In this document: positions 9,095 to 18,480 of the stretch, piece after piece
Numbering within the stretch: position 1 is the first letter of the stretch
How the letters are laid out: each line of letters starts with the position of its first letter
Origin: Sedimentisphaeraceae bacterium JB056
Lineage (GTDB): Bacteria > Planctomycetota > Phycisphaerae > Sedimentisphaerales > Sedimentisphaeraceae
NCBI GenBank assembly: GCA_044440125.1
Contig: JBITAJ010000022.1
Span: 320,001-384,000, forward strand
Length of the DNA: 64,000 nucleotides
Reading direction: 5' to 3'
Translations under genes and position numbers: made by a program
The notes under the pieces: model-generated
What the model saw: the letters and a program-made list of their open reading frames with translations, nothing else
Told to the model about the DNA's origin: nothing
Databases searched by the model: none

Positions 9095-11323
9095 TTACTT
9101 TCTAAGTTGTTTTTCTTTTTCAAGAGTATCTTCAAGCTCGGCATATATCTTTTTTACAACCTCAAAGTTTTCAAGAGCACCTGGAGCAGTTTCTGCCAAA
9201 TGGGGTCCATAGAGATTTGAAGGAGGAAAATTACCACTCTCATGCTGCTGCATAAAATTTTTGAGTTCGGCTTCCATTCCATCAAAAACGCCATAACACC
9301 TGTCGATTACCTTCTGAGCTTTTGTAACATCCCAGAACCTATATCCATCACGAATAATATATACCGGTGTTGTATGAGCCTGTGCTTCATTATGTGAAAT
9401 AGCCTTCAAAGCTATCCAACAGCCGTATTCTGTATCCATCTCAAACTCCATCTCAAGAATAGATTTCTGCGGATCATCAGAAATCTTACTCTTATACACT
9501 TCGCCAAATCTAATTACCTGAAGCTCTTTTGGGGAAGTGATTCCAGGAATACCCATAGCTTTTGCGTAAACCTTTACCTTACGATTAGAATTTGTATGAA
9601 TTTCCTCGCCCGGTATAGCATCATCAACCCTGAAATCAATGATAGGCCCATTTGTTACAAATGTCTTTCCGTCTTTGAGTCCCTGGAACCACTTATCAGA
9701 GCTAAATTCTCCCTTCCCAGTATAGACATAAATAACCGCCTCACCTACAGCATGTCCGAAAGGCATATCACTTCCTGTACTTGCCGCGTATTTATATCCA
9801 AGATTGAGAAAATCATAATAAACAGATGTATCAAGCAGGCCCGACTGCATGATCTCTCCAAAATAAGTCTTATCGAGAGGAAGCAACACGGCAATATCTC
9901 TTATGATATTGAAAATATTAAATAGAACATGAGCCTGACCATAAACACCACCATCGCGATTTACGTTATCTGCAATCCATACATTATCAAGATACATATC
10001 ATCTTTTCTCACCAAACGGGCAAGATTAGTACCGATAGCATGTCCATAGAAATGTCTTGGGTCTTCCATTCCCGGAATAAGTACGTAATTACCATCCTGA
10101 ACCCTGTAGTCTTTGCCGTAACCTCGCTGTTCAAAGAATGTACGATAACTATTACCCATCATCAAGACATTTCCAACATGAACATCTGCGGCTCTAATAA
10201 TCATCAGCAGCTTTTCAGCATCAGCATCACTCATCAATCTCGAATGGATATGGTCATCACCTGAATACCAGCCCATTTCAGGCATATTTATCCATCTTTT
10301 AAGTCTAAATATCTTCCTCGTCTTCTTTCCGGCTTCTACGGCTACAGTCTCAAATACCGGCTCATACTCAAAACCATGATTTATATGAACTTCCCAATTA
10401 CCGGCAGGCATTGCCATATCAAAGCCCTCAGGCAAATACCAATAATGACCGCCATAAGGACTTGGCATTGAAGCAGGATAAGGCTTACCATACAGATCTG
10501 GGAAAATATCAGGATCAGGTTTGGGATAACCTGCGATATTGTCCATCTGCCAGTCAAAAACAAGAGCATTAGCCGGCCTGTACAATGTATCTGTCTTCTT
10601 CGATGTCAGTCTTACCATTGCAGGTACAGGCTTACCAAATTCATCTACTATCTCGACCTCCAACTCCCCATGAGGAGGTGAGATTACTTTTATAGCTCCC
10701 GGATAGTCTTTATCTTCAAGCTTAAAATTAAGAAAAAATCCGGTTGACTGGTTGGGCACATTCCATAAACCAAGCAAAACCCAATTTACGCTATTAGCCT
10801 TTAGCTCTATATCTATCGGAGCTTCATGCTCAGTGTATGACTCAAGCTCAACCTTAACTTCATTAAAAGCAAAAGAGTCGTCACCAGTAATAACCTTTAA
10901 CAATACAGAACCATATTCCATAGGTACTTCAATATCTCTTGGAACTGCCATATCTGTGTACCCTTTGGACATATCATACTTAACACAGCCATCGTATTCT
11001 TCAAGTAACTCTAAAAGATGTTCCTGCCCAAGAGAATAACTACGCATACTTTTTTCTTCATCAGTATCAGCATATTTGTCATGCATTTTAAAATGAGAAT
11101 TAGAATCGTGCAAAAGCTCAAGCTGCTGAGAGGTAAATATATTCCGACTGTTTTCAGCAAGCCTTTGCGCAAATCTTTGAGCACCGGGAATCGGATCTGC
11201 TATCTCAACAGATTCATTCTCTCCAGCCATCTCATATTTATGTGTATCCACACCATGAGCCCAACAAATTGCAGGCAATGCAAATATAGCGAGTATAATC
11301 ACTTTTCTTAAAAAGTTACACAT
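9095..11323 (-). CDS. Exported CehA/McbA-family metallohydrolase, paralog 2
   Basis: Signal peptide; GWYSGDDHIH, GMEDPRHFYGH, GQAH, TGSDMP, FVTNGP, AHTTPVY. Confidence 0.8.
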   Translation of the reverse strand: MCNFLRKVIILAIFALPAICWAHGVDTHKYEMAGENESVEIADPIPGAQRFAQRLAENSRNIFTSQQLELLHDSNSHFKMHDKYADTDEEKSMRSYSLGQEHLLELLEEYDGCVKYDMSKGYTDMAVPRDIEVPMEYGSVLLKVITGDDSFAFNEVKVELESYTEHEAPIDIELKANSVNWVLLGLWNVPNQSTGFFLNFKLEDKDYPGAIKVISPPHGELEVEIVDEFGKPVPAMVRLTSKKTDTLYRPANALVFDWQMDNIAGYPKPDPDIFPDLYGKPYPASMPSPYGGHYWYLPEGFDMAMPAGNWEVHINHGFEYEPVFETVAVEAGKKTRKIFRLKRWINMPEMGWYSGDDHIHSRLMSDADAEKLLMIIRAADVHVGNVLMMGNSYRTFFEQRGYGKDYRVQDGNYVLIPGMEDPRHFYGHAIGTNLARLVRKDDMYLDNVWIADNVNRDGGVYGQAHVLFNIFNIIRDIAVLLPLDKTYFGEIMQSGLLDTSVYYDFLNLGYKYAASTGSDMPFGHAVGEAVIYVYTGKGEFSSDKWFQGLKDGKTFVTNGPIIDFRVDDAIPGEEIHTNSNRKVKVYAKAMGIPGITSPKELQVIRFGEVYKSKISDDPQKSILEMEFEMDTEYGCWIALKAISHNEAQAHTTPVYIIRDGYRFWDVTKAQKVIDRCYGVFDGMEAELKNFMQQHESGNFPPSNLYGPHLAETAPGALENFEVVKKIYAELEDTLEKEKQLRK

Positions 11324-11427
11324 TTTATATTTCCCTTATCTTGATACTTTAACAGAATGTTCAATCGATATTTGATATCTGGTTCTAATCCCAGATTTCG
11401 TAAGTAACAATAGACTTTTGTCACGTG

Positions 11428-13659
11428 TCACCTATTTATATTCCTTATTTCTTCCTCGTCTTTAAGCTTTTCCTGCAAATCAAACATCAGACTACGAATG
11501 ATATTCAATCTTTCCCGTAACTGCTCACCATTAAGGGCCGGCAAGGCACTCCAATAATCGATAGGTTCTATATCGCCCTTAATCATTCTGGTTTCAGCTT
11601 CAGAAACCATTTTTTCAATACCGTCCAAAATCTCCAGACGAGAATCAATCAAAGCCTCTGCTTTTTCAATATCCCAATGCCTGAAACCTTTACGACTTAC
11701 ATAGATTGGAGTAGTATGAGCCTCAGAACCATTATGCCCTACCGCATGCAGAGCTATCCAGAATCCATACTCTGAATCTAATGCCATTTCAATATCCAAT
11801 GATTTTACGGCAGGGTCGGTAGATGAAGTTTGCTTGATCGGTTCACCAAGTTTAATTACTTCCAGTAATTTTGGAGCGGACACTCCCTTTTGTCCCCAGG
11901 CTTTTGCATTTATGGTTAGGGGTTCATTGCCATCAACAACAATCTCGCTACCCGGAATCTGTCCATTAACGGTAAATTCAAGCATCGGACCGCAACTAAC
12001 GAATGTATTCCCCTTCTTCATTGCATCAAACCAGTCATCCGGTTCAAACTTATCCTTGCCAGTATAAGCATAAACCCTGACAAGCCCTGTCATACCGCCG
12101 TAAGGAGCATCGGAACCGGCAGAAGCAGTAAGCTTATAACCGAGATTAAGAAAGTCATAATAGTATTCCGTACCAAGGTGTATCTGGAGTATGCTGTTGA
12201 AATCGGATTTGCCTCTTGGAATCAGCATTGTCATATCACGGAAAATAGCAAAAGCCTTCTCTCCAACATGAGTATGGCCATACAAACCGCCCTGCTTATG
12301 AATTTCATCGGCTACAAGATCGTTAAGAAGATATTTCTCTGTATTACGAGCAAGAGATCTGATATTAATACCGATAGCATGCCCCATTTGTGAACGAGGG
12401 TCTTCCTGTCCGGGTACAAGAAAATACCCATCATCGGCAACACGGAAATCTTTTCCAAAACCACGCTGCGAAAACCATGTTCTTTCATGATTACCCATTT
12501 CAAGTATATTAAGCAAATGAATATCAGCGGCTTTTGCCAAAAACATAAGTTTTTCTGCATCTTCACTGTTTTCCATTCTTGAGTGGATATGATCATCGCC
12601 GCTATACCAACCCTTCTCCGCCATATTTACCCATCTTTTCAGGCAAACGGTTCTTTCTGTATGCCCACCGGGGTTGATCTCAATCTCTTCTCTATGGGCC
12701 GTTATCTCTATACCTCTATAGACCTCCAGCAGCCACTTTCCTGCAGGAACAGCCATTTCAAAAGGCTTAGGAGTAACCCAGAAAGGCCCGGTAAAGTCGT
12801 CCAGCGTATAGCAATAGAAAGTGCCGTACTTATAATTAAGCGATTGTGGAACCATCATCCACATAGTGTCTGAGTAATCAATAAAATTCGGAGGTGCAAG
12901 CAATTTCCCTGAATCCAAAGACTTCAAACGAACCATAGCTGCGACATTGCGCCCGCTCTGATCAACAACTTTTACAGAAAGCTGTCCTGAATCAGGTCTT
13001 TCGAAGGAAACTGCAGCAGTGAATATCTGCGTTTTATCGCTGTCTTTAGTAAAATTGAATCTTTGCGAAAATTGCTCAGAAGGGACCTCCTCAAACTTAA
13101 CGAGAATGAAAGTAATACCAGAATCGACAACATCAAGCTCAACAGCCTGAGGCTCTATTACCTCTCTTAAATTCACTTCCTTAACACGAAATTGAGCAAC
13201 ATCATCTCCCGTAACTATCTTGAAAAAGATATAGGGATATGCACCGGCAAGTGCTAACTGTTCAGAGTCAGCGTAGATTCTTGAGCGGGTAAAATCAAAC
13301 GTTTTGAGATTTACGGCATTATCAGCAATATCCAGCAAAGCAAGCTCAGCTTTGCGTAAATACATCGCCGATATATTCTCATCCTTATTACAATCAATAC
13401 CCTCTGCAAATTGCTTACTGTACTGATAATAATGAGTAATCTTATCCAGCTCTTTATACTGTCGGTCATTTAACAGAAAACTCCCATTTAACAACACTTC
13501 CTGATAATATGCCTTTTCACCTTCAATAGTAATATTTTCATATTTCCCGTTGTTACTATGAGACTCATCATCAGAAAAATGTCTATGAGAACCATGCCCG
13601 TAAACAACAGTATTAAACGCAACCACAAGCACGGTTAAAATTAAAAATCTAATCTTCAC
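11428..13659 (-). CDS. Exported CehA/McbA-family metallohydrolase, paralog 3
   Basis: GTG start with GAGGA RBS; signal peptide; GWYSGDDHIH, GQEDPRSQMGH, GHTH, AGSDAP, AHTTPIY. Confidence 0.8.
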   Translation of the reverse strand: MKIRFLILTVLVVAFNTVVYGHGSHRHFSDDESHSNNGKYENITIEGEKAYYQEVLLNGSFLLNDRQYKELDKITHYYQYSKQFAEGIDCNKDENISAMYLRKAELALLDIADNAVNLKTFDFTRSRIYADSEQLALAGAYPYIFFKIVTGDDVAQFRVKEVNLREVIEPQAVELDVVDSGITFILVKFEEVPSEQFSQRFNFTKDSDKTQIFTAAVSFERPDSGQLSVKVVDQSGRNVAAMVRLKSLDSGKLLAPPNFIDYSDTMWMMVPQSLNYKYGTFYCYTLDDFTGPFWVTPKPFEMAVPAGKWLLEVYRGIEITAHREEIEINPGGHTERTVCLKRWVNMAEKGWYSGDDHIHSRMENSEDAEKLMFLAKAADIHLLNILEMGNHERTWFSQRGFGKDFRVADDGYFLVPGQEDPRSQMGHAIGINIRSLARNTEKYLLNDLVADEIHKQGGLYGHTHVGEKAFAIFRDMTMLIPRGKSDFNSILQIHLGTEYYYDFLNLGYKLTASAGSDAPYGGMTGLVRVYAYTGKDKFEPDDWFDAMKKGNTFVSCGPMLEFTVNGQIPGSEIVVDGNEPLTINAKAWGQKGVSAPKLLEVIKLGEPIKQTSSTDPAVKSLDIEMALDSEYGFWIALHAVGHNGSEAHTTPIYVSRKGFRHWDIEKAEALIDSRLEILDGIEKMVSEAETRMIKGDIEPIDYWSALPALNGEQLRERLNIIRSLMFDLQEKLKDEEEIRNINR

Positions 13660-13671
13660 TTCCTCAAGCCC

Positions 13672-14970
13672 TTACAATCCGAGGCGATAATATTCGTTAG
13701 CATTGCCAAACAACCACGCATAAGCGACTTCTTTGGCCTCATCAAGCGAAAGATAATCTATCTCGACCATATCGGCAAGAGCTATGGCTATATTGTCCCT
13801 GGCTATAACCGAGTGAGCCCAGGCAAGCTCAGCACTTCCGCCAAAATCAGATCCGTAACCATGAATCTTGCCATGCGGCACTGAAGACAGGGCCTGCTTG
13901 AACATATTCTGGCAGTAGATTGGGTCTATAATGTTCGCCCAGCAAAAATCGATAGTAACATTTGGATGATTTTTCGCAAGATAGAGCAGTTCGGCACTAT
14001 AAGGCCAATTAGCGTGGAAAAGATCAAAACGTACATCTCTATGCAACTCAAATACACTGTTCATCAAAACAGCATTTGTCTTTGCAATATCATCACGAAC
14101 ACGTGCCATATGACCGGTATGAACCTGGACAGGCAAATCCATATCTCTTGCCATTCTCATAAATTCATGAAAAAGATAATCATCAAGCGGCTTTATCTGA
14201 TCTGGATAGCCGGCAATTCTTCGGGGATCCTCCATGAAATAATTAAATACTTTCTCCGCATCACTCTTTGTTGGATTGGAATATTTAAGGCTTCTCGTAT
14301 AAGCACTCTGGTCCTTAAACGCAACAGCACCAAAACGCTTGTAACCTTCAAAAATTTCACGGCATGCATCAATATACTCATCAAGACAAGTTGCGGTTTT
14401 ATTTACTGTTGATGTAAATTCACAAGCCTGATCATAGCTTCTTACCGCATGGAAACGAGGCAGCGAAATAACAAGCCTCCCCTTTGGAGACATCTTGTAA
14501 GTACCATCCATAACTCGCTTCATACCCACCTGATCAATACCGCACATATCCTCAAGCCTGACAGCAATACCGGCTTTATCCAGTATACCGGTAAAAACTT
14601 TTTCATCCTCAAGATCAAGCAGATTGTCCTGTATATGCTTGAGGGATTCGAGGGTCAGTTTATCTACACCGTAAAATTCTTTAAGTGCAAGTCGTGTAGT
14701 TTTAGCGTAACCGGTGTGCAGGGTTCTGTTCCAGGCTTTTTCCAATACCGGCCAACGTTCTTCAAGAGATTTGCTCTGGTCTGTAATGAAAGCAAAGTCG
14801 GCATCGCTCGAAGAACTTGTAATATCCGCGGCCATATAATGTACAACGATAAATTCTATCGCATCGGTATATTTGGGACCTGGTCCCTCCGTATGGTCAT
14901 GACAGTCAAATAAAGGTATAGTTTCAATATATTCTCTTAAAGCATCAAAACACTTGGCCGTAGATTTCAT
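13672..14970 (-). CDS. Amidohydrolase-superfamily protein (amidohydrolase_2-like), cytoplasmic, paralog 1
   Basis: DCHDH metal motif, FKDQSAY, VQVHTG, RFDLFHANWPY, YGSD, NA..YY end. Confidence 0.85.
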   Translation of the reverse strand: MKSTAKCFDALREYIETIPLFDCHDHTEGPGPKYTDAIEFIVVHYMAADITSSSSDADFAFITDQSKSLEERWPVLEKAWNRTLHTGYAKTTRLALKEFYGVDKLTLESLKHIQDNLLDLEDEKVFTGILDKAGIAVRLEDMCGIDQVGMKRVMDGTYKMSPKGRLVISLPRFHAVRSYDQACEFTSTVNKTATCLDEYIDACREIFEGYKRFGAVAFKDQSAYTRSLKYSNPTKSDAEKVFNYFMEDPRRIAGYPDQIKPLDDYLFHEFMRMARDMDLPVQVHTGHMARVRDDIAKTNAVLMNSVFELHRDVRFDLFHANWPYSAELLYLAKNHPNVTIDFCWANIIDPIYCQNMFKQALSSVPHGKIHGYGSDFGGSAELAWAHSVIARDNIAIALADMVEIDYLSLDEAKEVAYAWLFGNANEYYRLGL

Positions 14971-15016
14971 TTTATTCTCCTGTTTAATTTTACTTTATTA
15001 TTCCTACTATTAAACT

Positions 15017-18000
15017 CTAAGGTATGTTCTTTATCGAAATCTCTTTTATAGAAAACACACCAGTATCAATCATTCCGATAGCCGGTTCAAGCTTAACAGC
15101 AGTTATCTTGCCTTTCCACATAGGTTCAAGACCTATATGATACTCATATTGTCTGTAATTCTCATCATTTGATACAATCGGAATATAGACACTATTCTGC
15201 TTGTTGAAAGCAGTGCCTGAATAATTCCATGACAATCTCGCAAGCCCGCAGGCAGTTTCATTTTTCATAGTAAAGGTTACTACATTATCTTCCCCGGCTA
15301 ATACATTAACCCCACTAACTATAATATTGATTTTACCATCATCATTGAAAATTTGGAAACCCTTTTTATCAACTCCGCTGATTGAGTTGTCATTTAGGTA
15401 ATGGGTTATATTTAATTGTTGTGTAAATAATGTATCCAGTAGTCTATGCTCCAACGGCTTACTCGCAGGTTCTTTTCTCTGCATTTGATGAATTTCAAGT
15501 TTCAAAGTCTCTATTGCCGCAGCAAACTCATCAGATGGAATCTCAATACAATAATTACCGGCTGTCAGTGGAGAAAAGAAAACACCAATATCTTGACTAT
15601 ACACTGTCATTCCGGTGCCTACGCTATAGAATGTGTCATCAGGTAGAATCCGGTTTATTTTGATATTACTGGCATTAACAGTATCTATACCGATGAGATT
15701 AATACCACAAAAAGGCTTATTTGAGTTAAAATAAAACATATTACTTCTGGAGTCATTTGTTTTTTTCAATATACCGCTTTGAACAGGCAAAGTCTTATAA
15801 CTCAATATTCTATAGGCCAAATTACCATCAGAAGACTCATACCAGCCTATTGAACCTTCTGGATCAATCATCTCAACAACTAAACTTGTACCTTGGAAAT
15901 TTAAAATCGGAATATCAACCCACTGCTTATCAGCAGGCAGATATACCTCTTTTACAACTTTAGCATCAGTATCATCTTCAGAATAAACTTTCAATAAAGC
16001 GAAAGCTGTATCATTTATATCCGTCCACAGAGGTATTGATACAAAATCAGCCTTACTGCCTTGCGGAATCTCTACCTGACAAGCAAGTGTTGGGGTAGGA
16101 ATTTTATAATTTTCGTGTAAGGGGAGTTCAGTCACAACATTTTTCTGCCAACCTCTTGCTGGAACAAAAGCAAGTTCCACTGCCTCAACATAATCAATGC
16201 CGTCAGAATTTGAATTTATCACGATATCATTATGAATATCCTTGAAGCGGTTTCTTTTTGATTCAGTTGGCAAATCATTATAAATGTAGCTCCATTTCCA
16301 TTTGCCACTATCAGATTTGGTAATAGTCTGGGGCTTTCCGCCTGCAAAGGTAATTTTAAAACTGCCTTGGCCTTTATCGTAATATTTTACTCCAAGCACC
16401 GATGAATACATGCCGCTGTATTGATAGCGATCGTCAATATCAATAACAATATCATCTTTACCCGCGACAGCACATTTAACACCATTGACATCCGTATAGT
16501 TCGAACCCTCAGAAGGCAGTTGTCTTAAACCAAGCCAGAGATTATGGTATTCCACTGGGATAGGACTGTGATCATTTATCATTGAGTAATCACCGAACCT
16601 GTTATAAAAAAGCGTAAATAACTGCCCTCCCATTTGTGAAGATGCATAATTGAGATATTTAGCAACATTCTTTGTGTAGATGTCAGAATCATACAGGAAA
16701 AGATTGTCAACTCCTGAAACCAGGGCCCTGTTGATTATTGATAGCGGGTGCCCCATAACAAGATTCTGATCCCTATAGATCTGCCCGCCAGTTTCAAATG
16801 TAAGCCTTATATCCGGATTATCACGATAATTCTCAAATAAATAAGAAGTGTTGGTATTGTCATTCCAGCTATCGTACCTCTCACTTAAACCGTTTTGCTT
16901 AAGGCCTATGCCACGACTGACAGCCTGCTGAGCAACCCTTCGGTATATCCAGTCAACGTCATTAACATTATGTAAACCGTAAGCAAGGCATATACGCAAG
17001 TCTTTGTCAGGGAAACAGTCTCCATACAAATCCATTGTCCATATTATGTGCTTTAGGTATTTTTGCTGAGTAAATCCAAAAGCAAGCCATTGCCGATCAA
17101 GCACCCCTTTATTATCCTCATCAAGCATCACTTCTTCCCACCGGCCAAAACCTCCAACAGAGATAACCCCAACATCAGGATTTGAATTATATCGCCGAGC
17201 AATTTCTTTCACCAGCTTTTGCCACTTAAGCTTGAAATTATCATCGAAGTAATTCGGAAAGCCCACAACTCTGTCACTCCAGGCCATAAAAACAAGATCA
17301 TCTATGCAAATCTCACCCTCTCCTTCGAGAGTCAATTCAAACATATAATCATTATGATCAAATAATGATGCTCCGTAAAGCGGAACTTTCAGGGTATCCC
17401 CAGCTTTAACAGAAAGTGATTTTTTATAAATTTCAGCATCAATATTATTTATACCTGTACGGTAGAACCGCACAATAATATTGCTGTCTTCGATCGCTTT
17501 CACATTCACCCTCAGGGCATAAGCCTTACCTTTTTCCAGATTCCACTTCGAAGGATCATTTCTGATAACAGGTAAGAGCTCATCTGTCGTATTTTTTGCA
17601 TACACGCAATTTGAACCGTCTAAACTCTTTTCAGGGTCATTGGTAATAACGGCATTAGTCAAATCAACAAAGCGAATATTATCTTCAAAGTCCTCAATTG
17701 TCCACTCAGGCCTTGTTACAATCTTGGTGATATTAACATTATCAACTATAATACCATTATCACTGCCTACAGATATCTTGTAATCGGAAAAGTCCTTGAG
17801 CTGCAGAAAAGCAACCTTGCTGCCCGAAGGCTTAGCATTTGTATCAAAAACGACAGTCCGGACGGCTTTATCCCCGCCCTGAAACGTCTTGGCACTTACC
17901 CGGCAAATACCCGGATGCAGAGCTTTATAGTCAAACTGCACGCAATATTCCGCAAGACCGGCAAGATTAATTGCAGGATCAAGCAGTAAACTGCCGCCCG

Positions 18001-18472
18001 AAGGAATTATCAAAGACTTTTCGCCGCTCAAGACCAATTTCGGATCATGAGTTATTTTCGAATCTGATGAATACAGATATCTATCGCTGTCATTTTCAAA
18101 ATCGCACCAATATCCGCGAGCAATCAATCTGACATTATATTTTTCGTAAAACCAGCGGGGAGTATTAAACGGTTGATTGTGAACGGTAGATACCCTGATG
18201 TCGACTTTCTTATTTCTCTTTGACCATTCGTCTACAGCTTTGTCTATAGCAGAGAAATCATAGCAGCCCTCTTGAGGCTCCACTTCATTCCAGAAGTATA
18301 TGACTTCTGTCCCGACAACTCCGGGGCTGTCAATACCGTTGACACTGTCTACGAAATTAATAACACCGGTGTCGTACCCATAAACGGTTAACGACAAAAA
18401 ACTGCAAAGAAAAGGCAAACAAGCCAAGACTTTTCTGATATAAAAAAAATATAATACCCTTTGTGTTCTCAC
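15017..18472 (-). CDS. Exported multidomain glycoside hydrolase (GH42/clan GH-A-like barrel with inserted and appended CBM-like domains)
   Basis: Signal peptide; WNEVEPQEGCYDFSAID; later PNYFD...IARRYNSNPDV...GGFGRWEE; CBM-like segments ending IVDNVNI and ICIDDL. Confidence 0.6.
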   Translation of the reverse strand: MRTQRVLYFFYIRKVLACLPFLCSFLSLTVYGYDTGVINFVDSVNGIDSPGVVGTEVIYFWNEVEPQEGCYDFSAIDKAVDEWSKRNKKVDIRVSTVHNQPFNTPRWFYEKYNVRLIARGYWCDFENDSDRYLYSSDSKITHDPKLVLSGEKSLIIPSGGSLLLDPAINLAGLAEYCVQFDYKALHPGICRVSAKTFQGGDKAVRTVVFDTNAKPSGSKVAFLQLKDFSDYKISVGSDNGIIVDNVNITKIVTRPEWTIEDFEDNIRFVDLTNAVITNDPEKSLDGSNCVYAKNTTDELLPVIRNDPSKWNLEKGKAYALRVNVKAIEDSNIIVRFYRTGINNIDAEIYKKSLSVKAGDTLKVPLYGASLFDHNDYMFELTLEGEGEICIDDLVFMAWSDRVVGFPNYFDDNFKLKWQKLVKEIARRYNSNPDVGVISVGGFGRWEEVMLDEDNKGVLDRQWLAFGFTQQKYLKHIIWTMDLYGDCFPDKDLRICLAYGLHNVNDVDWIYRRVAQQAVSRGIGLKQNGLSERYDSWNDNTNTSYLFENYRDNPDIRLTFETGGQIYRDQNLVMGHPLSIINRALVSGVDNLFLYDSDIYTKNVAKYLNYASSQMGGQLFTLFYNRFGDYSMINDHSPIPVEYHNLWLGLRQLPSEGSNYTDVNGVKCAVAGKDDIVIDIDDRYQYSGMYSSVLGVKYYDKGQGSFKITFAGGKPQTITKSDSGKWKWSYIYNDLPTESKRNRFKDIHNDIVINSNSDGIDYVEAVELAFVPARGWQKNVVTELPLHENYKIPTPTLACQVEIPQGSKADFVSIPLWTDINDTAFALLKVYSEDDTDAKVVKEVYLPADKQWVDIPILNFQGTSLVVEMIDPEGSIGWYESSDGNLAYRILSYKTLPVQSGILKKTNDSRSNMFYFNSNKPFCGINLIGIDTVNASNIKINRILPDDTFYSVGTGMTVYSQDIGVFFSPLTAGNYCIEIPSDEFAAAIETLKLEIHQMQRKEPASKPLEHRLLDTLFTQQLNITHYLNDNSISGVDKKGFQIFNDDGKINIIVSGVNVLAGEDNVVTFTMKNETACGLARLSWNYSGTAFNKQNSVYIPIVSNDENYRQYEYHIGLEPMWKGKITAVKLEPAIGMIDTGVFSIKEISIKNIP

Positions 18473-18480
18473 AATATCTT

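Noticed and set aside
11353..11364. Possible eighth operator CAGAATGTTCAA
   Set aside because: It matches only 8 of 12 positions and lacks the central CG.
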